Shown: positions 1 through 12,399 of the stretch, one piece after another
How positions within the stretch are numbered: the stretch's first letter is position 1
Layout: every line of letters begins with the position of its first letter
Assembly: GCF_001194135.2 (NCBI RefSeq)
Contig: NC_068993.1
Span: 26,289,958 to 26,353,957, forward strand
Origin: Octopus bimaculoides
Lineage: Eukaryota
DNA length: 64,000 bases
Reading direction: 5' to 3'
Position numbers and translations under genes: made by a program
Notes under the pieces: generated by a model
Told to the model about the DNA's origin: nothing
What the model saw: only the letters and a program-made list of their open reading frames with translations
Database searches by the model: none

Positions 1-124
1 AGAAATAAAAACAGAACACTATTGCATACATGTTTTGAGGGTGTTGTTGCATGGACATACATACATACATACATACATACATACATACACACACACATAC
101 ATACATACATACATACATACATTC

Positions 125-155
<31 letters not shown>

Positions 156-203
156 CACACACACACATACATACATACATACATACATACACACATACAT
201 ACA
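1..203. repeat. (CATA)n/(CA)n microsatellite after ~55; host tract of the adjacent RLE retrotransposon
   Basis: Direct reading of acatacatac/acacac runs. The ORFs 19..243 and 22..219 are translations of this repeat. Confidence 0.95.
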
Positions 204-624
204 TATGCTGAACTATTGAGAAATTTGCAGTTATTCTATCCACATTACAGGTTTATACCTGTAATTATTGGAGCACTGAAATATGTAACACTGCCTAAAT
301 ACCAATCTTGAGAAATTAGGCTTCTCAAAACTAGAAAAGAGAAAGCTGATTCAAAAACTACAGATCCAAGACATCACTAGAACTGTAAAAATCTGTAAAG
401 CTTTTTAGAAGTTTATCATTTAAGTATATATGAGCATGTTTAGATATGCAACTATATGCATGAGAACATATACATAAAATAAAACATACAAATCTGCACA
501 TATTCATACATACAAAAATACCCTGTTGTTGATGTTGAAATTCCAATGTAGGAGCCTTGGATGTAGGTTAGAAACTGGCTCTTTCTCTATTGGCTAGAAA
601 TCTTGAAATAATATTGAATAATGA
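204..624 (+). mobile_element. 5'-truncated 3' end of an R4/Dong-like RLE non-LTR retrotransposon (CATA-associated family), copy 1
   Basis: Frameshift-corrected reading YAELLRNLQLFYPHYRFIPVIIGALKYV..CLNTNLEKLGFSKLEKRKLIQKLQIQDITRTVKICK matches the RLE C-terminal pattern (KY.EL...P.IIGA.G...LQ...GT..I). The 3' UTR ends tgaataatga and is followed by CATACATA. Near-identical to 9307-9660. Confidence 0.8.
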
Positions 625-869
625 CATACATACGCACATGTGTATGTATGTATGCATGTTTGCATATTTGTATGCACATCTGCAATTTGTATGTATGTAT
701 ATGAATGCATACATAAATAAGTATATTACCAGAATGTGGCCTAGCTTTTAGGGGAGACAATAAAACTTTGGGACCACAAAATAATGGCACCTGCTTGCTA
801 GAATTAATTTGATCTGCTTTCTTCCTGAAACAATATGGAAAGATGATCTGGGTTTCCTTTATTAAGGAT

Positions 870-1088
870 TTTAAATTAATGATTTCAAATTTTGGCACAA
901 GAGCAACAATTTTGGTGGGAAGGGGTAAGTCAATTGCATCAATCCCAGTGCACAACTAGTACTTATTTTATTGACACCGAATGGATGAAAAGCAAAGTTG
1001 ACTTTGGCAGAATTTGAACTCAGAATAGGCAAAATGCCACTTAAGCATTTGCCTGGCTTGCTAAGGATTCTGCCAACTCGCCACCTTT
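870..1088 (-). mobile_element. tRNA-derived SINE family B
   Basis: Minus strand reads ggtggcgagttggcagaatcc...ctgagttcaaattctgcc (B-box-like GAGTTCAAATTC)...aaataagtactagttgtgcactggg. Homologous to 47820-48050. Confidence 0.75.
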
Positions 1089-1350
1089 AGCTTATGACAA
1101 ATGGAGTAAGAGAATCATTTTTGAATGATATAGAAAAGGCAGTATATTTCAGTGTACTAGAACTTTACCATGTGAAACAATTAACTGTTTATTGCATGTT
1201 ATTTAAGACATGGTGAGGGTTTACCTGTTGAACTCTTCCTAATCATATCGGTGAAGTAAGAAAAGTTGAATTCATTAAGTGATGAAGATAGTTTAATGAT
1301 AATCCAGCAGAAATGGTTGGTAAATGCAATGGAATGAAACAAAAATTCCA

Positions 1351-1807
<457 letters not shown>

Positions 1808-2497
1808 TATAAAAGATACACAAGGATGATTTGTATATTCTCTGTAGTGGACATCACTGCACTCACTAAATCCTGCCAATGAAATCATTTTGCAATAAAT
1901 TACAGATTAGATGCAGTTAAATCTTTTACTGTTGTCTAGGAAGACCGTGTTGTTGAATGCAGATTTCAGGGTACCAAAGACACCAGGGTACACAAAATGG
2001 GAAGTAAATGCCAAAGCTGTGCTTGCCATGATATGAATTAGACATCAATCATAGACACACTGACTCATCTCCTTACTGATGGAAATGGAAAGGGTAATAT
2101 AAGAATACAAAGTGACACTCTTTAAAAAGATAAAAATGGAGGAATTGGAAGTTTTTGCAGGCTCTAATTATCAACTGATTTGCTAGAAGACTTCCAACTG
2201 GTTATACTTATCATGTGTATATGTCTGGTATACATCACCCACTCTCTTTGTATGATATTTTTGTGGAAATATTGAGCATAAAGCTTAATCCAAACTGGCT
2301 GATAGGAAATACAAATATTCAGAACAAGAGAAAAACAAACAAGTTAACTGATGTGCATGAGATTGATGGAGAGCTTTCTTCTAGAGATACACTTCAAGCA
2401 AAATCCTTCCTTCTTAAAATAGATGTCATGGAAGTAAACTTGAGCAAAAGAGCAACACTAAAAATGGCAGAAGAAAATAATCTCTAATGTATTTTAA

Positions 2498-2718
2498 CCC
2501 TTGAGCACTGTAACTGGCTATGACTGGCCCAAATACTCTATCTGTTTAATGTCCAAACCAGCTAGATCTGGCCTTTCACACCTACTCTAAAATGTCATTC
2601 TGAAAATAAACAATCACATCATCAAAATTTCCAAGCTGCAAGATGATGCATGATTAATTCAAAGCAATGTGAATAAATAAGCATTAAACTTGATAGAGTA
2701 ATCCTGAATGCTAAAAGG
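2498..2718. mobile_element. Short non-autonomous DNA element with TTAA flanks (piggyBac-like MITE candidate)
   Basis: ttaa|cccttgagcact...aatgctaaaagg|ttaa, with imperfect terminal inverted repeats. Confidence 0.45.
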
Positions 2719-4304
2719 TTAAAGGAATCTTGAATTTCAATATGTGTAAATCAAAAAATCAACAATGAACCATTAGCAGACCCCATGTTTTCACTCCCTG
2801 TATATAACAAAAGTTAATGCGTTTGTTTTCAATTTGTAATTTATATGCCATCTCTAATATTCCTTTGTTTTACAATTTTTCTAAACTTAAATTGGCTTCT
2901 ATAAGTTATACCAAAACAAAATATAGTTAGATATGTCTAGGAAGCTGTTTTGAGTGTCATCTGCTGTAATATAACTGGAAATAACAGCATCATCAGATAC
3001 TCTAGTTCTAAAACAACATCTATATCAGAGATCTTTTCAGACATGAGACATTCTTAAGTAGCAATATACAGGTGTGTGGTACATAGCATCTAATCAGAAG
3101 TTTATACTTTTATGGAATTTCATTATATGCATTTCAAATTTAGCTGCTTTCATAACAGTTAATGCTTTTGGTGTTAGGAAAGTGTTGAGGAAATTTATGA
3201 TTATGAAAAGGATAATGAATATGCAATTATGTGTATGTTGGATGCCCAATGTATTTCAACTAGGGTTGTTGATACTGGAGTTATGGAGCCAGAATTACAA
3301 TCAGTAAAAATGTACTAACTTTGATGCTGGATAAAAGTAAATCAAATGTCATGAGTTGAAATTTTCAATTTCACAGAAATTAATTTAATTGTTTTCTGCA
3401 CAGAAAATAATCAGGTTTAAGGGCTTCAATGAAGGCTGATCTGATAGAAGCAGTTCTTTCTCTTAGAAGAAAATGTTAATAAATTTTAGATTTGAACTTT
3501 TGTTTTAAACTCCTCTTCTACAAATGCAAAAATGTTTGTAAGGATAAATGTCTTGATCTTTTACATTAGAATATTTGTTTAATTTAATGTTATCTTTTAT
3601 ACTACATTCACTTCAATTTTATATTTAAACAAAGCATTAACCTCAAAAAAGGGCTATGTATCTGATTCCAATTATTTATTTTAAAATAGTCATTTGTTGA
3701 AGTTATTCCAGATGTTCAGTCTTTTTGATTTCATCTCAATGTCCTTTTGATTTTGTATTGGTAAACAACAATACCCATGATTTTCTTTATAAAATTTGAA
3801 TAATTTATTTCTTTTTTGTTCTTTTACTTTTGATAAAACCAATCTCTTCCTAATTTTTATATGCTTTGTTTTGTATTTAATTGTTTGTAATTTCTTTATC
3901 AAATAAAAAGCCTTTAAACCCAAATTTATCAGCCTCTTTAGAACTAGAGACAGTTACTCATTAAACCACTAATATACAGTAATGGCAGGTATCACTGGTG
4001 GTTGGTGTGATACCAATCCAAACATGGTATAACAAAGAAAGAGAGTGTTCAACTAGTATTTTACAGGGAAATAATAAGTGTCTTAGAAAGGCTGAATGTT
4101 CTACTAGAGGAAGTATTTAAGTTGGTAAGTGTAAATACAAGCCAGGTGTTATATAATACATAGATATGAACTTAACCAATACAATCTTAGTTTATGTCAG
4201 TAAGATATTTAATGTAATTTATGCATAGGATTTAGACTTACTATGTTTATTCTGGCTTTAGAATAAGTACAGCTTACCTTCACGTGTTGTTAGAAACAAC
4301 TAAA

Positions 4305-4425
4305 AGAATTGGCAACAGGAAGAGCATCTGGCCATAAAACACTACCCCAGAAAAACTATCCAGCACTTGTCACCACTGAAGAGAAGATGTAAAACACTGA
4401 GGGGGGAGGGGGGATGATGATGATG
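4305..4425 (+). mobile_element. RTE-type 3' tail fragment
   Basis: ggcaacaggaagagcatctggccataaaac...(gat)n, homologous to the tail at 58066-58204. Confidence 0.6.
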
Positions 4426-4623
4426 GCGTCACATTATATTAAGACATCTGTGTCAAATGCAACAAATTTCAACTGGTCTTGTCTTAGACATAATACCACA
4501 AAGGGACTAATAAATAGCTAACAAAAAACATAGGAAATTTAGTGCTTTGTCATTAGCCTGTGCCATAAATATGGAATAGTGTTATATACACACACAAAAC
4601 AAAAACACACACACACATTATTC

Positions 4624-4674
<51 letters not shown>

Positions 4675-5559
4675 TGTATGTATGTATGCATATATATATA
4701 CATACATATATACATGTACATATATACACATACATATACACTTATATATATATACACACCACACATACACACATAACTATGTATGTATGTATATTTCTAA
4801 TCTAATTTATCTACATTTAGGTATGTGTATATAAGTTGACACAATGGAGTGCAAACATAGAAAAGTTAAAGAGAGAGAGAGAAGGAGAAAGAACTGAATA
4901 GGGGAATAGATGATTAGTTATACAGATTTACATACAGACTTGCATATATACATGACTATAAAAAAATGATTTGAATAAACAATTCAGATTTACAATTTCA
5001 GAATGTTTCACTTAAAAGAGTCTTGTGGTGGTAGTAAATTATTTTATAAAATTGTATTGCTTTCACCTTATATTACCCTCTGTTTCTCTCGTTCATTCAC
5101 CTCTAGCTTCCTCTTTTCTTTAGTAATCTATTCTTGTGTGTGTGTGTGTGTGATTATGTTTATGTAATTATATTTTCAAATAAAATGGGCACACACACAT
5201 ATATATACAGACACATATATACAAATAAAATTACAGATATACATAAATATAACCATGTGTGTGTGTGTGTGTGCGTGTGTGTGTAATTTGTGAGTGTGTT
5301 TTTGTATAGCAGTTGTATTGTAGTCTAGCCATTGTAAATGTTAAAAATCACATAACCAATGTTGCCTTCTCTTTTGCTTAATGATTATTTTGCAATAATG
5401 ATATATATAATTAAGTATCAGAGACTTTTGTCATATATCTATGACCTGGTCACTAATATTCTGTTTCTTTGTATTAGAATATCAAGGACCAACATAGGAT
5501 GAAAGACTTTAATGCATAATGACATGTATTATTTCACGATGATGATGATGATGAAAATA

Positions 5560-5695
5560 ATTCTTTCCACAATAGGCACAATGCTTGAAATTTGGAGGAA
5601 GTGGAACTAGTGGATTAATTGACCCCACTGCTCAACTGATAGTTACTTTATCGACCCCAAAAGGATGAATGGCAAAGTTAACCTTAGTATAATAA
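5560..5695 (-). mobile_element. SINE family B, partial
   Basis: ttgaccccactgctcaactg...ttatcgaccccaaaaggatgaatggcaaagttaacc matches the family B core. Confidence 0.65.
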
Positions 5696-5699
5696 TATT

Positions 5700-5750
<51 letters not shown>

Positions 5751-5751
<1 letters not shown>

Positions 5752-6851
5752 CAGTACCAAGCAGTGGCTCTCATGGCTTTTGATCTTAATTGATTGGAAG
5801 TGTTATCATGTACATTGTTTTGTCTTGGTATAAAAGGTGGGCTACAGCAAATATTCTGCTCAATACCACAGATTTGCTTGTCATTTGTTTGACCTTAACC
5901 AGTTGAGCATGTCCCTTGATGGCTGACGATATGTGCATCTCTGATCATGAGCAGAAGTAGTGGGAGAGCATCATAGCCATGTGTTGAGAGGAATTCTTTG
6001 GGGTTTGAATAATTCACCTNNNNNNNNNNNNNNNNNNNNNNNNNNNNNNNNNNNNNNNNNNNNNNNNNNNNNNNNNNNNNNNNNNNNNNNNNNNNNNNNN
6101 NNNNNNNNNNNNNNNNNNNNNNNNNNNNNNNNNNNNNNNNNNNNNNNNNNNNNNNNNNNNNNNNNNNNNNNNNNNNNNNNNNNNNNNNNNNNNNNNNNNN
6201 NNNNNNNNNNNNNNNNNNNNNNNNNNNNNNNNNNNNNNNNNNNNNNNNNNNNNNNNNNNNNNNNNNNNNNNNNNNNNNNNNNNNNNNNNNNNNNNNNNNN
6301 NNNNNNNNNNNNNNNNNNNNNNNNNNNNNNNNNNNNNNNNNNNNNNNNNNNNNNNNNNNNNNNNNNNNNNNNNNNNNNNNNNNNNNNNNNNNNNNNNNNN
6401 NNNNNNNNNNNNNNNNNNNNNNNNNNNNNNNNNNNNNNNNNNNNNNNNNNNNNNNNNNNNNNNNNNNNNNNNNNNNNNNNNNNNNNNNNNNNNNNNNNNN
6501 NNNNNNNNNNNNNNNNNNNNNNNNNNNNNNNNNNNNNNNNNNNNNNNNNNNNNNNNNNNNNNNNNNNNNNNNNNNNNNNNNNNCCCCAAAATGGCTGAAG
6601 TTCAAAAGATAGTGCTCATGGGAACTGCCCATATCCTACGTAAAATACTGTCTATGTGATCTCAAATTTTAAAGCAAACACATAATTTTCTTATGGTTTC
6701 TTAAACATTCACTTGAACAAAACTGTACAAATCCAAATATATGGTACCCTAGGCATAACACCTACATGAACTTCTAACTTGTTGTCTCTTGAGGTCTCTG
6801 GGTGAGACTTGGATCCAACTTGTACAAATGCAAAACAAAAGTCAAACATAA

Positions 6852-6852
<1 letters not shown>
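5751..6852 (+). mobile_element. R4/Dong-like element flanked by (TAA)n on both sides; spans a 564-N gap
   Basis: After the gap it reads PKMAEVQKIVLMGTAHILRKILSM*, the typical Dong/R4 C-terminus (LQK.VL.GTAHILRK.L). A 3' UTR follows, then (TAA)n at 6853-6900. (TAA)n at 5698-5750 precedes the 5' segment. Confidence 0.7.
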
Positions 6853-6900
<48 letters not shown>

Positions 6901-6901
<1 letters not shown>

Positions 6902-7520
6902 GGGAAACCATCTGGGATGGTATATCAAATGGCAGATTGAACCTTTATTTGTTACTGTTAGAAATAGCAACACGATACATAGTGAAAATGTGACATTTAA
7001 GAAACAAGATAGCAAACAAAGATAAAACAACTGGAAAATGAAAACGATGCATGGACAATATATCAGAGAAATCAAAGGGAAAGATAAGACCAACACCTGA
7101 TGGTGGCTAAGGAAAAGTGGTCTGAAAGGAAGCACTGAGGCATTGATATGCAGTGCCCAGGAACAAGTTCCAAATAGATAAAAGCAGTGAGTCATCCCTT
7201 TGTAGGAAGTGTATCAGCAAAAGTGAAACAATATCACAGTGTAGCAAAAGGAATACAAAAGGGGGCATGATAATGTGGCTAAGTTTGTTTACTGGAGATT
7301 GTGTGAGAAGTATTGTCTTAAAAAAACATGGAAATTGTACAACCATAAATCAGAAGGCATCACTGAGAATGATGAGTTTAAGATCTTATGGGATTTTACA
7401 ATCCAGTGTAACTCCCTGATTGATGCTCAGAGACCAGACATTGTTGTAGTGAATAAAAGGAAGAAGGAAACCAAGATCGTAGATATTGCCATATCTGGGG
7501 ATACATGAGTGAGTGACAAA
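6901..7520 (+). pseudogene. Decayed R4/Dong-like ORF fragment: post-RT region, CCHC knuckle and RLE endonuclease
   Basis: WKMKTMHGQYIRE, WLRKSGLKGSTEALICSAQEQ, CRKC, (R)HDNVAKFVYWRLC, KILWDFTIQCNSLIDAQRPDIVVVNKRKKETKIVDIA (RHD...PD...ID motifs). It contains stops and frameshifts and begins directly after (TAA)n. Confidence 0.85.
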
Positions 7521-8460
7521 TTTTGAAAAGCTAAATATCCTTCTTGAATATCATGTATACTATCAAGTTTGGTAAGTGCCTGATGACATGCCACTCTGCA
7601 CTATTAAGCCATGGGTAAATCTAAATAGTTCATTTGTAATTTATCACACATAATTTTGTGCGTGTGTGTGTGTGTGTGTGTGTGTTTGAATATACATACA
7701 TATTTTGTTATCATCACCATTGTTTTAATGTCTACTTTCACACACTGGTATGGATCTGACAGAATTCATTGAGATTCTTCCCTGGCCTGATGACATTCTT
7801 ATTGATACTCCTCACCAGTTATCATTGAAAATAATGTTTCCAAGATAATATTTCCTAATGAGCCACACAATGGGACAAAACCTGAAGCCATGTGGTTAGG
7901 AAGTAAACTTTATGACCACATGACCATGTGAACACACACACACATTCATGAGCACGGACCTGAACAATGTTCATATAAAAATCAGCAACTGTCCAGGCAG
8001 CAAATCTTTTCCCTTTCCAACCACTAATATTACTGAAGGAAAAAGTGTTGACACAAAAGTTGCAAAAAAATCAAAGCTGAGAACAATGTTGGATTGGTTT
8101 AGAGATTCTGATATTAAATTTAGCTTTAGAATTTACTTAAGAAGCCTTTCCTAGGAGTGGATATGGTTACAAGCAGCAGAAGTTTGAAATCAGAATTTGA
8201 CTTTGGATGAACCACCTCCCTAGGCTGAAGCTTAGGTTCCATCGACTTGAAGCTTTGATTTAATATTCTCAGCACCTGGCTGTTCCTCTTATTAGTAAAA
8301 ACAGATCCATAGAAATTAGTGATTAGGCCATATGAGAAAGACACAAGTTGTAACTGGTCGTTGAAGCTTTCTGAAAGATGTGTCATAAGGAGCACTTTTA
8401 TAGTAGCAGGCACCAGCCCCTACCACCACCAGTTGACTTCATTACTTTAATGCATGCATA

Positions 8461-8514
<54 letters not shown>

Positions 8515-8566
8515 NNNNNNNNNNNNNNNNNNNNNNNNNNNNNNNNNNNNNNNNNNNNNNNNNNNN

Positions 8567-8608
<42 letters not shown>

Positions 8609-9306
8609 GTAGACACCATTGACAGGTTTATAAATAACTTAAAACAAATAACACCTCTGATTAAAAAGTATTTTAGTCTCCACCACCTTTATAAAAGCTA
8701 TTAATGTATATTTCAGACAAAACGCTAATATTGAATGTGTGTACAAGTGAAATGGTATCTCAGTGAAAATATGTCTACTCATGCAACGTGATATATGATA
8801 TTACGAAAATATTAGAGAAACAGTAATAATACTATAGATAAAATAAATAATTATATAACTCTAGATAAACTATAAGGGAAACAATAATATAACTCTAGAT
8901 AATTCAGTTGATGTATCAGTAATTCCACCACAATGTTTTCACTCTAATACCAGATTCCATAACAGAAGATAAACAATTCAAATATGAAAGAAATTTTACA
9001 CAATCATCACTTGAGATTTCGTTGATGTTCAAGCAGGTCTTTGGTCAAAGGGCCTATAGTTTTTTATTCAGACACAGAACATCTAGAACTACACTATTCA
9101 ATGTTGCCTTTCCAAAAAGACTGTAATCTTATTGAACGATTTAGTTGTTATTTCTAGCAAATAAAACAACTACATAGAAACTTCATAGTTGATTTAATTT
9201 AAGTATTTTATATATCTGGTGTCACATTACACTCAGAGACAAAGTTCTGGCATTTCCCATACATACATATGTATATACGTATGTACATACATACATACAT
9301 ACATAC

Positions 9307-9660
9307 TTATTGGGGCACTGGGATATGTAACACACTGCCTAAATACCAATCTTGAGAAATTAGGCTTCTCAGAACCAGAAAGGAAAAAGCTAATTTGAAG
9401 ACTACAGATCCAATCCATCACTGGAACTGTAAAAATCTGTAAAACTTTCCAGAAGTTTATCATTTAAGTATATACGAGCATGTCTAGATATGTAACTATA
9501 TACATGAGAATACATACATAAAACAAACAAATCTGCACATACATACAAACAAAAATACTCTGTTGTTGATGTTGAAATTCCAATGAAGTAGCCTTGGATC
9601 TAGTTTAGAAACCGGTTCTTTCTCCATTGGCAAGAAATTTTGAAATAAACTGAATAATGA
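9307..9660 (+). mobile_element. CATA-associated R4/Dong-like 3' end, copy 2
   Basis: IGALGYVTHCLNTNLEKLGFSEPERKKLI.RLQIQSITGTVKICKTFQKFII* plus the 3' UTR. (CATA)n lies on both sides (9261-9306 and 9661-9684). Confidence 0.85.
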
Positions 9661-9684
9661 CATACATACATACATACATACATA

Positions 9685-10802
9685 AGCATGGAATTTGGCC
9701 AAACGAAATGTTCATATTTGGTTATAGAACAAGGAAAGTCAGTCCCCCAAACCCAAAATCTCATCAGTCTCTCTATCTCTCCCATTCCACACAATGAATG
9801 TTACAAGTACCCAAGCATAGACGAATATGTATCATATGAAGGTACTGTGGATAAAGACTGAGTGACCCGAGAATATTACACCAGACTTAGGAAAATATGG
9901 CAGTCAAAACTCTCCTCTTACAACAAAATACTATTTCACAATGCATTTGCAGTACCAGTGCTGATCTCGACATTTGGGATACTTGATTGGTCTGTAAAGG
10001 AAATCCACTCCATAGATATCAAAACCCACAAAATCCTGACAACTGGGAACTTCCACAAAAACAGTGGTGTTGACAGGCTCTACCTAAGAAGGTGGTAGAG
10101 GGCTGAGATCAATGCAGACAGCTTTCAAATGCCATATGATATCACTCAGGCAGCACCTGCTAAACAACAGCAGCAAAAATGAATATATAAATGCAGTGCT
10201 GAAAAGTGAAGTGAGCAACATTATACGAGTTGGCAGTGAGCTCCTCAAGAAGCACTCTCTTCCTGATGATCTCCTATACATCCCCAAAACAGCTGGGCTA
10301 TCTTACCTCAGAGAAGACCTGGATAGAATGCACTCAGCATACAAAAAGAAAAAAGACTATGCATGGGTATGTTGTCTGGAAGCGTGAAGAAGACAGTAGA
10401 ATTGACATGAAGCACAGCCTTTCTTGGACACAAGACCACTACATCACATCACACTTTGAGAGCTATGCGTTTGGAATCTAGGAATAGGAGATTGCCACAA
10501 AGTACCTGGTGAACAAGAGAGACAGTGATGCTCTTCTAATCCAAAGGTGCAACTGCATGTGTAGGCTATGTCATGTTTCTGTGAAAGACATCACGCATGT
10601 GATTAGCAGCCGTCCTAAAAGGTTGTCATGGTACTATCTCCCTGTGTGGCATGATTTTGGTGCTAAAACAATTTACAATGCCATCTGCAAAAAAGACTGA
10701 CCTGAAATAACTTAGAAAATCCCTCTGTTATGGAATACATTAATAAACACCATCTCAAGGAATACTGGTGGAATATTCCCATCAAAACTTCTGTCAAATG
10801 TA
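9685..10802 (+). pseudogene. CATA-associated R4/Dong-like element, copy 3: RT C-terminus/thumb to CCHC knuckle, decayed
   Basis: MEFGQTKC..YKYPSIDE..EYYTRLRKIWQSKLSSYNKILFHNAFAVPVL..FGILDW..DRLYL, then KTMHG, then CRLCHVSVKDITHVISSRPK..WHDFGAKTIYNAI..EYWWNIPIKT. It starts right after (CATA)6. Confidence 0.85.
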
Positions 10803-11326
10803 TTGAAACAAGTAACAGCATGAAAGAATGTGTGTGTGTGTGTGTGTGAGAGAGAGAAACCTTCCTTGTGAAAACAGACACTAAATATTTTTACAAACTG
10901 TTGTACAAGACCATATTTTCGTATTCTTACTTTCATAAACATAGATTATATATAATAGAGATATTTACCTTCTATGTTAAAAAAAAAAAAAACACTTTCT
11001 GTTCAAACAAATATATGTATATATATATATGTATAAAAATTTTGTATAGTTTCAACCTTTTCCTATTCATATATATANNNNNNNNNNNNNNNNNNNNNNN
11101 NNNNNNNNNNNNNNNNNNNNNNNNNNNNNNNNNNNNNNNNNNNNNNNNNNNNTATAAGAGTGACTCAAGCACCGAGAGTTTCATGCATTGGCACTTATCA
11201 AAGTGATAAATGCCGATGCACAAAATTCTCAGCCCTTGAGTCTCTCTGTAGCTTCTGCCAAATATTAATAAAAATATGTGTTGTGTGTATATATACATAT
11301 ATTTAAACATGCATACATACATTCAC

Positions 11327-11375
<49 letters not shown>

Positions 11376-11384
11376 CACGCACAC

Positions 11385-11605
11385 ATTCTTTCATGCTTTT
11401 ACTTGTTTCAATAATTAGACTGTGGTTCTGCTAGGGCATCACCTTGAAGAGTTTAGTCAAACAAGTCATCCCCAGTACTTTTTCTTTGTTTTAAGCCTGG
11501 TACTTATTTTATTGGTCACATTTTGCCAAACCACTTAGTTATAGGGACATAAACAAACCAACATTGGTTGTCAAGTGGTGGAGGAGAACAAACACAAACA
11601 CAAAA
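11385..11605 (-). mobile_element. SINE family A tail module
   Basis: tttacttgtttcaat...ccccagtact...ggttgtcaagtggtggaggagaacaaacac. Confidence 0.75.
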
Positions 11606-11630
11606 ATACACTTACACACATATATATATT

Positions 11631-12365
11631 CAGGATGCAATGGGTAAATTGTCACCATTTTATACTTTTAATTTCACGCATGCTCATTGTCTGTTTTTGA
11701 GTTTGTTGACTATACAGTATAGTAGGGTCATTTGGGCACTGTCTGTGAGAAAAACAGCACCACTCTGCCACAAATTTGGAAACAACATACTGTACTGCTT
11801 GGCATTCCCACTGGAAGCTACAATATGAACATTTCAGAGTGCTTGGGTGTCAATCTGGGACAGTGCAGAGGATTTGGAAAGAGTTAGATGAGTCTAATGG
11901 TGGTTACGAAGGTACAGCAGCTTGTAAAACTCACTCTGATCGTTCTGATTAGAAAAGAACTCCTGAATTTATTGGTGAGATCCAAGCCATGATTGACAAC
12001 AATACCTCCAAGTCAATCAGGTTGATCACCAGGGTCATGGCAGTGTCTGAGTTTCCTGTCATTCAAGATGAGAAAGGACCAATTTTTATCCCAAGCCATC
12101 AAGAACAAGAGGAAAAACCATGCTATGAAGTTTTTGAACAAGCTCAAGCATCCCCTCCAATTGAACATGCTTTGGTTTTTCTCAGATGAGAAAAATTTCT
12201 GCAAGGATCAGATAGTGAACATATAGAATAGCCATTGGTTTGTTGTGTCCCCAAAATATGAACCAAGAGTGATAAAAATTAAACATCCAGTCAACATCAT
12301 TAAGTTTGGTTTGATCACTAGTGATGGCAACATTATGCTTCAATTCCTCTTCCCACACGGCCTCC
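11631..12365 (+). mobile_element. Tc1/mariner transposon fragment (maT/DD37D-like): left end plus decayed transposase N-half
   Basis: Left end caggatgcaatgggtaaattgtcaccatttt is shared with 48439 and 49445. Translation gives RTPEFIGEIQAMID..SIR and LWFFSDEKNF..N..HPVNII.FGLITSDG..FPHGL..NTKAY (first catalytic D in FSDEK). Confidence 0.8.
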
Positions 12366-12399
12366 CACTAAACACGAAGGCCTACTTTTTCTTGAATAT

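Noticed and set aside
3168-3320. Protein-like frame ESVEEIYDYEKDNEYAIMCMLDAQC after a possible acceptor
   Set aside because: Short, unrecognised and without a convincing donor.
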